This document shows, piece by piece, positions 1-8,792 of a stretch of 64,000 nucleotides of DNA; within the stretch, counting starts at the first letter, position 1, and each line of letters starts with the position of its first letter. This DNA comes from a virus, in IMG/VR virus record IMGVR_UViG_3300046780_000088, positions 1 to 64,000 of that record; one strand, 5' to 3'. Position numbers and translations under genes: made by a program. Under the pieces are notes generated by a model. The model was given only the letters and a program-made list of their open reading frames with translations. It did not search any database and had not been told where the DNA came from.

Positions 1-11
1 GATAGTAGATA

Positions 12-764
12 ATGCCAACGAGTCGTCATCATGTGATGATGGAAGTTGGTCCTCGTCCTGTTCTCGCATTATATATTGCTGCTAACACAGCAGACTACGA
101 TTTATATACAGCAGCGGGATCGCCCGGTGCGGCAGTAAATGTTGTATTGACTTTGAATAGTGGAGTTAATACTTATCCATCAGCAACAGCTTTTGCTATA
201 AGACAATCGATAGCTTTTGCTGCTGGTAGCACGGTATTGTTTATCAATCTTGGTGGCGTATTCGGATTAGGTGGCGGCGGGGGCAGCGGTGCGTCTGGAG
301 CTTACCCGGCATCTGGTGGAGCGGGATCAATAGGTGGCACTGCTATCAACATCCTCAATGATTGGACCATCGACAACACTTATGGATTCATTTTTGGTGG
401 TGGCGATGGCGGAAATGGCGGTGATTCTGGAATCAATCCTCTTTTTCAAGTCCTCGGTGGCGGCGGAGGCGGTGGCGGGCAAGGGGCGCTTAATTTGGTA
501 ACAGGCGGTATTGGTGGAAGCGGTGGTTCTGGAACTGGTTCGGGTGGTTCTTCAAGTACAAGTGGAAATGCTGGTACAAATTTGCAAAATGGGATTGGTG
601 GAAATGGCGCTACTACTGGCTCACCCTATGATGGTTATCAAGGTGGGAATGGATATGATGGTGGTACTTGGGGAAATAACGGTAAAGCAATCGCTCTTAA
701 TGGACATACTGTGACGTGGACAGGCGGAAATAATCCTACGCAAGTTAAAGGTGCAGTATCGTGA
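12..764 (+). CDS. Glycine-rich tail/receptor-binding-associated protein
   Basis: 250 aa with long GGxG repeats, directly upstream of the lysis genes; typical of phage Gly-rich tail fibre C-terminal domains. Confidence 0.6.
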   Translation: MPTSRHHVMMEVGPRPVLALYIAANTADYDLYTAAGSPGAAVNVVLTLNSGVNTYPSATAFAIRQSIAFAAGSTVLFINLGGVFGLGGGGGSGASGAYPASGGAGSIGGTAINILNDWTIDNTYGFIFGGGDGGNGGDSGINPLFQVLGGGGGGGGQGALNLVTGGIGGSGGSGTGSGGSSSTSGNAGTNLQNGIGGNGATTGSPYDGYQGGNGYDGGTWGNNGKAIALNGHTVTWTGGNNPTQVKGAVS

Positions 765-1303
765 CAAATTTTGAATTCGCTCTTTCTATTCTCTGGCCCG
801 AAGAGGGAAAATTCTCTAACACGCCCGGTGATCGAGGCGGTCGCACAATGTATGGTGTAACGCAAAAAGTGTTCGATGAATGGCGAACATTCATTGGCAA
901 CCAACACGCTGATGTAAGCACGATCACGCAAGAAGAAGCACAGGATTTGTATCAGAGAATGTTTTGGCGCAAAGCACATTGCGATGACATGCCTAAGCGC
1001 CTTGGAACAATGGTGTTCGACATCGCAGTTAATAGTGGCCCTCATACCGCAATCGTTTTGTTGCAACGTGCGGTTGGTGCAAATGACGATGGACAATGGG
1101 GTGATCAAACGAAGCAACGTGTCGATAGCGCAACATCAGATAGCGCAGTAGAAGACAACACATTGCGAACTCTTACTGTTTTTCGTTCTGTATTTGAAGA
1201 GAAGGTGATAGAAGCACACCCCGAAGACGAACAGTTCCGGCATGGATGGGACAATCGCTTCAGAAATTTGCTCAATAATTTGTTAGCGGCAAATGCCGCA
1301 TGA
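761..1303 (+). CDS. Endolysin, glycoside hydrolase family 108 with C-terminal peptidoglycan-binding domain
   Basis: EGKFSNTPGDRGGRTMYGVT (EGG..N...D.GG.T..GIT motif), FDIAVNSG, LLQRAVGANDDGQWG. Confidence 0.9.
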   Translation: MTNFEFALSILWPEEGKFSNTPGDRGGRTMYGVTQKVFDEWRTFIGNQHADVSTITQEEAQDLYQRMFWRKAHCDDMPKRLGTMVFDIAVNSGPHTAIVLLQRAVGANDDGQWGDQTKQRVDSATSDSAVEDNTLRTLTVFRSVFEEKVIEAHPEDEQFRHGWDNRFRNLLNNLLAANAA

Positions 1304-1317
1304 CTTGGAGATACCAA

Positions 1318-1716
1318 ATGAAAACTTTTTTGTTTGCAGTTCTTGCCGCATTAGTGGTTGTGGCGTGCAGTGAAAAGACCGCTCCTGAAACTCCCGTTGC
1401 GCCGGTCGCACCCGCTGTCGTGGTTGCGCCTCAAGCTGCGCCTGTTACCGCTGTCGCACAAACAGATGTTGTTTCTCCGACGCCGGTTGCAAACAGGGAT
1501 ACGAAGGTCGTTGAGACAAAGACAACAGCGCCCGCAAAAACTAACGCAAAGCGCGTTTCAACGTCTGCTGAAAAGGCCGCATATGCAAAGGCCAAAAAGA
1601 ATGCAACCAGAGCAGCATGTCTTCGCAAACTTGTTGATCAAAAGATTGACGGTGATGTGAAGGCAGGACAATGGCGTGACTTCGGAAACGTTTTGAAGTC
1701 GAAAGTTTGTGCGTGA
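1318..1716 (+). CDS. Putative lipoprotein
   Basis: Signal peptide MKTFLFAVLAALVVVAC with lipobox-like cysteine; Pro/Ala-rich linker. Confidence 0.6.
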   Translation: MKTFLFAVLAALVVVACSEKTAPETPVAPVAPAVVVAPQAAPVTAVAQTDVVSPTPVANRDTKVVETKTTAPAKTNAKRVSTSAEKAAYAKAKKNATRAACLRKLVDQKIDGDVKAGQWRDFGNVLKSKVCA

Positions 1717-2090
1717 TGTTGGGAACAACCCCAACTCGACGCGACATCTATCTGTCGGCGATCAAAGCTGATGGAACTGTAAACGTCGGTTATCTTGTGA
1801 TGTTCAAAGCACTGCGCGTTATGATTGGCGGTGTTGTTGTGGCAAGTTTAATTGCCATCTATGCTGTGTGGACTAGCGCTGCTGCTGCGTCTGAAATTCT
1901 ACGCTCATATGGATACGGCACCGGAGCGATTGCTGGTGGATTCGCTACAACGCTTGGTGCTATTGGTTTGTTCATGTGGGGTGACAGTCATACACCGCCA
2001 GTGCAACCGGGCACAGTGACCGAAATAAAAACGACGACTGTTGATCATGACGACCCCAAAGACAAAACAACCGCTATCGTTACGAGCTAG
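1716..2090 (+). CDS. Membrane protein, possible holin
   Basis: Two hydrophobic segments and a charged C-terminus, inside the lysis cassette. Confidence 0.45.
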   Translation: MLGTTPTRRDIYLSAIKADGTVNVGYLVMFKALRVMIGGVVVASLIAIYAVWTSAAAASEILRSYGYGTGAIAGGFATTLGAIGLFMWGDSHTPPVQPGTVTEIKTTTVDHDDPKDKTTAIVTS

Positions 2091-2409
2091 GTTTCATCGC
2101 TATCCATACATCGCATGGGGAACGGTCAGTTCCATCTTTGTGATACTTGGAATTTTAGGTGGCGGAACTTTATGGCTTGTGAAACAGATCGTGTGGCAAT
2201 ACGATCTTCAAGCGCATGTCCAAGAAGAAACAGTTGTCAATCGTTGGCAGACTTATGGAATGCTGCGACTCGAAGCTGTTATCTTGAAACATGAACTGGA
2301 TGATTGCAGTGCCAAGCGAGGATCGAATTGTTCGGACATTAGTGAGCAGTTGGCAGATGTTAAGCAGCGTGCAGCAACGGCACACAACGAAGCAATGAAA
2401 AGGCAATGA
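2041..2409 (+). CDS. Single-TM membrane protein (holin/antiholin-like)
   Basis: One TM helix followed by a periplasmic-like domain with two Cys. Confidence 0.4.
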   Translation: MIMTTPKTKQPLSLRARFHRYPYIAWGTVSSIFVILGILGGGTLWLVKQIVWQYDLQAHVQEETVVNRWQTYGMLRLEAVILKHELDDCSAKRGSNCSDISEQLADVKQRAATAHNEAMKRQ

Positions 2410-2882
2410 TGAAAAACCAAAAAGGATTAGGACTCGTTGAACTTATCATTTGGGTCGTGATTGCGGCAGCGGTTTGTGCTTTCGTCTATCATGCTATCGA
2501 TGTTTATTTCATTGAGCCTGCCGTCAAGGTTGCAACAACTAAGCAGATGGCAGCAGATGAAATCGTACTCGAACAAGTCAAAGCTGATCGTGACAAGTGG
2601 CAAGCAGCAGAACAATCGCGTGAGCTTGAAAATCGAGGGATGCAGAGTGAGCTTGAAGGGTTGAAGGGTACGCTTAGATCACTTGACAAACTTACTGCTG
2701 CGCGTGTTGCTCGATCTGCTGCGCTCGCTGCTGAAGCCTTGAAAGGTGAGGCTGACGCGAAAGCTGAGTCGGAGCGCTTGCGAGTTCTTGCGCAAGGTCC
2801 GGCCAAGTCGGGCACCGCAGACGAAAAGCTGAAGCGTATAGAAGCAGAACAGATTCGATTCTTTGGGATTGTATCGCCATGA
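2406..2882 (+). CDS. Putative inner-membrane spanin (Rz-like)
   Basis: N-terminal TM followed by a long coiled coil; followed by an overlapping lipoprotein gene. Confidence 0.6.
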   Translation: MMKNQKGLGLVELIIWVVIAAAVCAFVYHAIDVYFIEPAVKVATTKQMAADEIVLEQVKADRDKWQAAEQSRELENRGMQSELEGLKGTLRSLDKLTAARVARSAALAAEALKGEADAKAESERLRVLAQGPAKSGTADEKLKRIEAEQIRFFGIVSP

Positions 2883-3238
2883 AAATACTGTTTCGAATTG
2901 GCTTCATGATGTACTTGTTTGGCTTGCTCTATGGTTGCGCTCTTGGACCGCCGAAACCTGATACCACGCCAGTTGCGACAAGCGTGCAGACGATTGAAGT
3001 ACCAACGCCTTACCCTGTTCCATGTATTGCTGCAAAGGACGTTCCGCCTGTTCCCGTTCTTTTGCAGATCGATGTTAAAGCATCGGACCCTGAACAAAGG
3101 AATGCGGCAATCATCGAGTATGCCGAAGCGCTGCACCGATACAAGAAGCTTGTGAGCGGACTTGTTGATCAATGCGTCATAGGAGATTCAAATGTTAAAA
3201 CTCCTGACAATGTTGTGGCTGTTCCTGTCGTCAAGTGA
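2879..3238 (+). CDS. Putative outer-membrane spanin (Rz1-like lipoprotein)
   Basis: Lipobox LYGC, Pro-rich VPTPYPVPC segment. Confidence 0.65.
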   Translation: MKILFRIGFMMYLFGLLYGCALGPPKPDTTPVATSVQTIEVPTPYPVPCIAAKDVPPVPVLLQIDVKASDPEQRNAAIIEYAEALHRYKKLVSGLVDQCVIGDSNVKTPDNVVAVPVVK

Positions 3239-3632
3239 CGCGGCAATTGCCCAATCATTGCAAGCTGTAACCGATACTGTAAAAAGTAACGGCGGTAACA
3301 ATTTGTGGGTTGCTGGTTTAGTAGTACTCGTACTTGGTGGCTTGTATTATTTCTTCGTTTATCGAAAGAGGCATCCGAGCGCACCGAATCCTTTGCCTGC
3401 TGTTGAAAGCGGAGCGAAGGGTGTGTTCGCAAAAGTAGAGAGTATGTTTGGTAAGTCTTCGGCACCAGCGGTCGATGCACATCAGCAGGCAATAGCTGCT
3501 GTCAATGCAATGCCGATTAGTGACGAACATAAAGCAGCATTAGCAGAGCAAATCAAGAATACACCAATCGTTGTGCCACAAACTGTTCCAGTTGTGGTGA
3601 TCGATGGTGTCAGATATGTACCGGAGAAATGA
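3192..3632 (+). CDS. Hypothetical membrane protein
   Basis: Signal peptide plus one TM segment. Confidence 0.5.
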   Translation: MLKLLTMLWLFLSSSDAAIAQSLQAVTDTVKSNGGNNLWVAGLVVLVLGGLYYFFVYRKRHPSAPNPLPAVESGAKGVFAKVESMFGKSSAPAVDAHQQAIAAVNAMPISDEHKAALAEQIKNTPIVVPQTVPVVVIDGVRYVPEK

Positions 3633-4010
3633 ATGTGGGATTCGGATAGCAGAAAACTTGACGTGCTATTGAGGCGCGTAGAAGAATTGCACGAACGTTT
3701 CGACGGATTTTTTAGATACACAATTCACCAAGGAAAACACATGACACAAGAACTCGATGCACTGACACAGGCTGTTGCAACAACTGAAGACGACGAAGCA
3801 CGCGCAATTGTTCTGTTGCAAGGTTTGGCAGCACAAATTGCTAGTAACGCAAATGATCCGGCGAAGTTGCAGGCATTGGCTGACGGTTTGAATTTGAAGG
3901 CGCAAGCGCTGAAGGATGCGATGGACGGTATTTCGCCGTCGCCCGCTCCTGTTGTGACACCGCCGACAGATACTACACCGCCTTCGACTGACACTACACC
4001 GAGCGCGTAA
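3633..4010 (+). CDS. Hypothetical helical phage protein
   Basis: ORF with an Ala-rich coiled coil and a Pro/Thr tail; the true start may be the internal ATG near 3741. Confidence 0.5.
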   Translation: MWDSDSRKLDVLLRRVEELHERFDGFFRYTIHQGKHMTQELDALTQAVATTEDDEARAIVLLQGLAAQIASNANDPAKLQALADGLNLKAQALKDAMDGISPSPAPVVTPPTDTTPPSTDTTPSA

Positions 4011-4172
4011 GAACGCTTCGATACGGGGCAACAAGAATTGCCAGCAATGGCAATGCGTCAAGCCGATAGTGACGCTTAATAACATCGGCAGTCAATGATG
4101 AGCGCCCCGTTTGTATCTCCCGCTCGGGCATTGATCGGCGGCGGCAGTGATGTCGCCGTTCGTCATTGCTCT

Positions 4173-4216
4173 ACGGAACTTTTTTGATATTCGGTTGTCT
4201 ACCCTTGGGGAAACCC
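4173..4216 (+). promoter_or_regulatory. ECF sigma (RpoE/AlgU-type) promoter with conserved downstream box, copy 1, upstream of the tRNA cluster
   Basis: GGAACTT-N16-TCTAC followed by CCTTGGGGAAACCC; the same motif occurs five times in the window. Confidence 0.7.
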
Positions 4217-4367
4217 AAGCGACACATGGCGTGCCCATGTGGACCTTTGCAGGGTTCTTGGAATCAAGCCAAGCAGATGAGAGTGCAACACACTACGGGC
4301 CGCGCACTGACGTAAAAACTGCAAAGCGGCGGGTAGGAGTGAAGATGTTTTCACGCAAACAGAATTC

Positions 4368-4443
4368 GGGGATATAGCTCAGTTGGTAGAGCAACTGCTT
4401 TGCACGCAGTAGGTCGTGGGTTCAACTCCCTCTGTCTCCACCA
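4368..4443 (+). tRNA. tRNA-Ala(TGC)
   Basis: GGGGATA/TGTCTCC acceptor stem, anticodon arm ACTGC-TTTGCAC-GCAGT, encoded CCA. Confidence 0.92.
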
Positions 4444-4550
4444 AGTTTTGTGGCCGGAACGGAACGTGGTAAGAGTGATCACACAAATCGAACCTTTCCG
4501 AAGGGTGTGACTTAAATAGCCTGTAGCTTGCCGCCACAATTTTTTATTTT

Positions 4551-4625
4551 GCGGGTGTGCCTAGACTGGAATGGTACTGATTTCCAATCAGTTATACGAG
4601 AGTTCGATTCTCTTCGCCCGCTCCA
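4551..4625 (+). tRNA. tRNA-Gly(TCC)
   Basis: GCGGGTG/CGCCCGC acceptor, anticodon arm ACTGA-TTTCCAA-TCAGT, GTTCGA T-loop, TCCA end. Confidence 0.88.
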
Positions 4626-4631
4626 TTCAAT

Positions 4632-4724
4632 GCGGAATGACTACATCGTGTCAATGACGACAACAACGGTTGGTGCACGCTGTGTTGCTCGACTCAAATC
4701 ATCGCGTGTGATGATTCCGCTCCA
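4632..4724 (+). ncRNA. tRNA-like RNA with Gly-type acceptor stem but non-canonical body
   Basis: GCGGAAT/ATTCCGC 7-bp stem plus T-CCA end, located inside the tRNA cluster; no TTCRA T-loop and no canonical 7-nt anticodon loop. Confidence 0.55.
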
Positions 4725-4734
4725 ATTTATTTTT

Positions 4735-4811
4735 GCCCTTGTAGCTCAGTCGGCAGAGCAAGTGCTTTGTAAGCACTAGGTCGAAGGTTCGAATCCATTC
4801 CTCGGGCACCA
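4735..4811 (+). tRNA. tRNA-Thr(TGT)
   Basis: Anticodon arm AGTGC-TTTGTAA-GCACT, GGTTCGAATCC T-arm, ACCA end. Confidence 0.88.
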
Positions 4812-4840
4812 TTTCTTTTTTACAGCATCGATTCGTGTTT

Positions 4841-4923
4841 GCCCTGATGGTGGAATTGATAGACACACCGGGCCAAGAACCCGGCGCGCAAGCGTGAAGG
4901 TTTGAATCCTTCTTGGGGCACCA
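4841..4923 (+). tRNA. tRNA-Leu(AAG), long variable arm, C33
   Basis: GGTGGAATTGATAGACAC D-arm, anticodon arm CCGGG-CCAAGAA-CCCGG, variable arm CGC-GCAA-GCG, ACCA end. Confidence 0.8.
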
Positions 4924-4934
4924 GTTATTTATAC

Positions 4935-5008
4935 GGTATTGTAGCTCAGGGGCAGAGCAGCGGGTCGATAACCCGCCGACGAAGGTTCGATTCCTTACAG
5001 TACCACCA
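4935..5008 (+). tRNA. tRNA-Ile(GAT), C33
   Basis: Anticodon arm GCGGG-TCGATAA-CCCGC, GGTTCGATTCC T-arm, ACCA end. Confidence 0.85.
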
Positions 5009-5062
5009 GTGGCAGGACCGCCCGGAGCAAACCGTAGAACGAAGCACGGCGCGGACAAACTT

Positions 5063-5103
5063 AGGCCCGGACCCTTTTGATGGGGATTCCGGGCCTTTTT
5101 CTT
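5063..5103 (+). terminator. Rho-independent terminator closing the tRNA operon
   Basis: AGGCCCGGA...TCCGGGCCT hairpin followed by a T-run, at the convergence of + and - transcription. Confidence 0.65.
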
Positions 5104-5146
5104 GGGCCGTTTATAGGCCCGCCACGCTGTTCTAGGACGGTTCAGG

Positions 5147-5602
5147 CTATGGTGACGGCCCGGAAGACGGTACACCGCCTAGAACGGCCCAAAAAGCGTC
5201 CCAAAACGCCTGTCCGACCGGCACCTTTGCCCACATCATCGATCCACGGCGAAAGTCGGACAAAGTCCACAGGTTTATTACCCCTGCTTCCGACCCGGCT
5301 ATTAGGTACAGTTCATCAGCGATCCTGATCAACAGGTAACTCGCACCGCCTGCTTGTCTCTGGTTGATGTGCCAATTGATCTGTTCGACCGTGACCCCAT
5401 ACTTCTTGTCGAAGATCGGTTGCTCGGGATTGCGACGAACCGAACCGATCTTGATTTCAACCCAACACTCCAAACCGTTGCAGCAGATGTTTACATCTGG
5501 CACTCCATCGCCAACTGAATTTTCGATGCGATTGAGGCGCGCGAATTTCGGTGCATGATCGCGCAGCATTGTCCACACTGCTTTGCTTGTGATTCGCTTC
5601 AT
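5147..5602 (-). CDS. PD-(D/E)xK nuclease (VRR-NUC/Holliday junction resolvase-like)
   Basis: RIENSVGDGVPDVNICCNGLECWVEIK and EQINWH motifs. Confidence 0.75.
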   Translation of the reverse strand: MKRITSKAVWTMLRDHAPKFARLNRIENSVGDGVPDVNICCNGLECWVEIKIGSVRRNPEQPIFDKKYGVTVEQINWHINQRQAGGASYLLIRIADELYLIAGSEAGVINLWTLSDFRRGSMMWAKVPVGQAFWDAFWAVLGGVPSSGPSP

Positions 5603-5768
5603 CGATACATCCTGTTGAAAAACTCCATCGCGTACTTCTTCTTGTCATCGTATGCTTGTGAGTAACATGCACGAACTTCTTTCATGAATTGTTCAGGATC
5701 AACACCGTGTGCTACCGCTGTTTCGACAGCACGCCATACATCATCTGAGACTCGATTAGGAACGTCCA

Positions 5769-7670
5769 TCATTCAATCTCGCAAACGCCAGCGCTGCACG
5801 CAAGGTCGCGCACGTTGTCAGTCGTGTCGATTCCGGCTTCGTATACACCGATCTGATCCCAAGGAACCACAACCTGTTTCGTCATCCATTCCTCATAGGT
5901 CTTTTGATCTATCTCCTGATACGGTGCTTGCTTGTAAACGTGTTCGCTGTGCGGCAGGAATGAAACACCGCTCAGTTCATCGAAGTGTTCATACACCCAT
6001 GCGCCGACAGCAAGCCATTCATGCTCCCTGACATAGATCGTGATCGACGCTTTGTGTTCGCACCAGTGACGATTGTAGAGCAACATCAGTTCGAGCATTT
6101 CAATCGCGCTTCGGTCGTTGCGCGTCACACAATGATCAGGTGACTTCACCGGGAAGTAAAACACATCGGTCTTCTCCGGTTTTGTGACATCGTCTTCGAC
6201 GTAGCAACCGGCTTCGCGCATCAGCTTCGAAAGTGGATCGGCCTTGTCCGCGCGCACCGTGCGCAAGTAGTACGCCGAATGCCTAGCATGAATGCCGCTG
6301 GCTGAATCGACAAGCTGCGATACCGTACCAGAAGGCTTGACGCATGTTGTCGCCACTGAAGGATTCACGCCAAGCATCTTGGCGAGCTTCGCATTCGTTG
6401 CCACGACTTCGTTGCGCAAGCGTTCGAGCAGACGACCAAGTGACCCTTCGTAGTCTTCGTACGTCAACGGATTGTCCATGATGCCTGTGAGCGATACGCC
6501 AAGCAGCGCTTCTTCTTCGGTGTTGCGCTGCCATGCTTTGCCAAGATAACGGAACTTTGTGAGGGTTGACTGAAGCGTTCCAAGGATCGCCGCTCCACGC
6601 ACCTTGCGCATCAGATCAGCTTCGGTATCGGTTGCACGCACGACAACTTCAGAAAGGTTGCAAAACTGTTTGCTGCGAAGAATGATTTCTGAGCAAGGGT
6701 TAGTGCCGGGATCGCGGATCGTTCTGCGACCGCTCTTCTCTGCTTGCTTGATGCTGGCGACTCGACTGAACAGTCCACGCTCGCCGCTCTTCGATTCGTA
6801 CAGCGACAACCATTCTTTCATGAACGCGCCGATGTCAGGCTTCTCTGTGTACGCTACGCTGTTGTTGGCGAGCTTGCGATGTCCGTCAGTGTCATACCAT
6901 GCGCCTTGCTTCGCTCCACGCATCCGATCATCGGACAGGTTGCTTAGTGAGATAAGCGCCGAACGACGAACACCGCCGACAACGATCACGTCGGCGATCT
7001 TGCACACAAGGTCGTGACATTCGAGGCTTGTGAGCTTGCGCCCTGCCGCGTTTTGAAAGACATGGATGCAATACTCGAACAGATCAACCAGCGGTTCCGG
7101 GCCTGACGCTCTTCCACCCATCGTCTTCAATCTCGCTCCTGCCGGTCGTACTTTGGATATATCGTACTTGGGAATCTCACCGTGCCACAGATAATTCAGC
7201 ATGGCGTGCAACGCGCTCGACCATCCGATCTTCGAGTCGGCAACCACGACAACAGAATCGACGTGTTCGAATTCATCCGCCACTGCCGGAAGCTTGTTGA
7301 CGAACTGACGCTCGACACTGAACCCAACTCCTGTTCCACACATCAGCGTGTACATGATTTCATCGAACGCTGTTATCTCATCAATCTCGCGGTACGAACA
7401 ATTGAACCCGGCAACGTTGTCGCGTTCGAGTGCTGCACCGGCAGTCATCAGGCAACGCATCGACGGCATTATTTCAAGCTTCAGGATCGCTTCGCGCAAC
7501 TCTTCATAGTCAACGACATCAGGGTATCGAGCTTTGAAGAAATCGATGTAGCGTGCGACAGTTTCAACCCAAGTCTCACGGCGCTTCTGTTCAGGGTTCC
7601 ACCTTGCGTAGCGTGACAGGTGGATGAACGATTGGTAATCGGTTGGGAGTTTTATAGACTCGTTTTTCAT
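5769..7670 (-). CDS. nrdJ: Class II (B12-dependent) ribonucleotide reductase
   Basis: MPSMR, FNC, GTGVG, VGGVRRSA, TNPCSEI, FCNLSE and TCVKPSGTVSQL motifs; C-terminal ACSAGVCE; no NrdB gene nearby. Confidence 0.92.
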   Translation of the reverse strand: MKNESIKLPTDYQSFIHLSRYARWNPEQKRRETWVETVARYIDFFKARYPDVVDYEELREAILKLEIMPSMRCLMTAGAALERDNVAGFNCSYREIDEITAFDEIMYTLMCGTGVGFSVERQFVNKLPAVADEFEHVDSVVVVADSKIGWSSALHAMLNYLWHGEIPKYDISKVRPAGARLKTMGGRASGPEPLVDLFEYCIHVFQNAAGRKLTSLECHDLVCKIADVIVVGGVRRSALISLSNLSDDRMRGAKQGAWYDTDGHRKLANNSVAYTEKPDIGAFMKEWLSLYESKSGERGLFSRVASIKQAEKSGRRTIRDPGTNPCSEIILRSKQFCNLSEVVVRATDTEADLMRKVRGAAILGTLQSTLTKFRYLGKAWQRNTEEEALLGVSLTGIMDNPLTYEDYEGSLGRLLERLRNEVVATNAKLAKMLGVNPSVATTCVKPSGTVSQLVDSASGIHARHSAYYLRTVRADKADPLSKLMREAGCYVEDDVTKPEKTDVFYFPVKSPDHCVTRNDRSAIEMLELMLLYNRHWCEHKASITIYVREHEWLAVGAWVYEHFDELSGVSFLPHSEHVYKQAPYQEIDQKTYEEWMTKQVVVPWDQIGVYEAGIDTTDNVRDLACSAGVCEIE

Positions 7671-8026
7671 TGTCCCTCTTTCAGAATTTTGATGGCGGCA
7701 TTTATGTCTTGCATCACGGCACTGCCAATGATACCGCGCCACTGTTTTAGATTTCTTATCACCGCTTGCTTCTTCTCAATCTTCTCTTCTGCTGCAACAA
7801 GCATGAAGGCTAAGAACATCAATCGAGCTTCATAGCCTTCTTTGTTATTGGGCCAAAAATAGACGAACCCATCTGAGCAAAGATACTTGCATTTGCCACC
7901 AAGCTTTACCAAGAATTTGTGAAACTGATCCCTGTTCGGCGCACCAAACTTTACCCAATAGCACATCCCCAATCGTGGATATGCATAAGCACGGTCGATT
8001 GCATCTAGGATTTGATTGCGATTCAT
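7667..8026 (-). CDS. Hypothetical protein
   Basis: ORF coupled to the nrdJ start. Confidence 0.5.
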   Translation of the reverse strand: MNRNQILDAIDRAYAYPRLGMCYWVKFGAPNRDQFHKFLVKLGGKCKYLCSDGFVYFWPNNKEGYEARLMFLAFMLVAAEEKIEKKQAVIRNLKQWRGIIGSAVMQDINAAIKILKEGQ

Positions 8027-8128
8027 GTGAACAACATTTGGATTAGGACTCCGATGAGATTAATGAAACAGTACCAACCATAGCAGAACGTTGTGAAAAC
8101 AAAGACAGCAATTATCCAATCAATCACA

Positions 8129-8623
8129 TCATGGATTCCTGATTGGATGTCCGAACAGATCGTTCGGCGGGAAGATCGGATTTTGTAACGTACCATTGAT
8201 CCAATTCAACAGAATCTTTCCAGTGCGTCCGTTGCCATCGCCGAACGGATGAATCAATTCGAATTGATAATAGAATTGCATTGGCGACAATTGATGTATT
8301 TTTGTGAACAGTGTATCGAGCGATGCGCGAAGACCGAATGGCGGTGGGCACAGACGATGTCCGACTTGCACATTGTGTTTACGAATGCCCATTTGGTTTG
8401 TGACAGGTTCGATGATCTGACCAAGCGTGATTGCATCCTCGACCGTTGGATCACGGCCACTTGCGATCAAACCTTCGCCATGCAAACCGTTTATTGATTC
8501 ATCGATTGCTACTGCCCATGCTTTCAACATCCAAGACGTGCGTGACAAACCATCAACCGTCTGCGGGTTGTGACCTTGCCTCGCAACTTCTTCTGCGACG
8601 TACTCTACGATTGCATAGTTCAT
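8129..8623 (-). CDS. Fic/Doc domain protein
   Basis: FELIHPFGDGNGRTGK Fic catalytic motif. Confidence 0.88.
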   Translation of the reverse strand: MNYAIVEYVAEEVARQGHNPQTVDGLSRTSWMLKAWAVAIDESINGLHGEGLIASGRDPTVEDAITLGQIIEPVTNQMGIRKHNVQVGHRLCPPPFGLRASLDTLFTKIHQLSPMQFYYQFELIHPFGDGNGRTGKILLNWINGTLQNPIFPPNDLFGHPIRNP

Positions 8624-8792
8624 TCTTCATCCCCTATATCAATCCAAAGCGTTTTCTTGTCATCACTCAAATATACAGAAAGCAAATCCAACCCTGTATC
8701 TGCCGGTCCTGTTGCGAATTTCACTTCGACATCTAAGTCGAAGAACTTATCGTAGTCATCTTTTTGAAGTGACTCAACCAATTCGCGCAGTG

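Noticed and set aside
2406-2480. Prepilin-like N-terminus (QKGLGLVELII)
   Set aside because: Resembles a type IV pilin leader, but the position between endolysin and a lipoprotein, plus the coiled coil, fit an i-spanin better.
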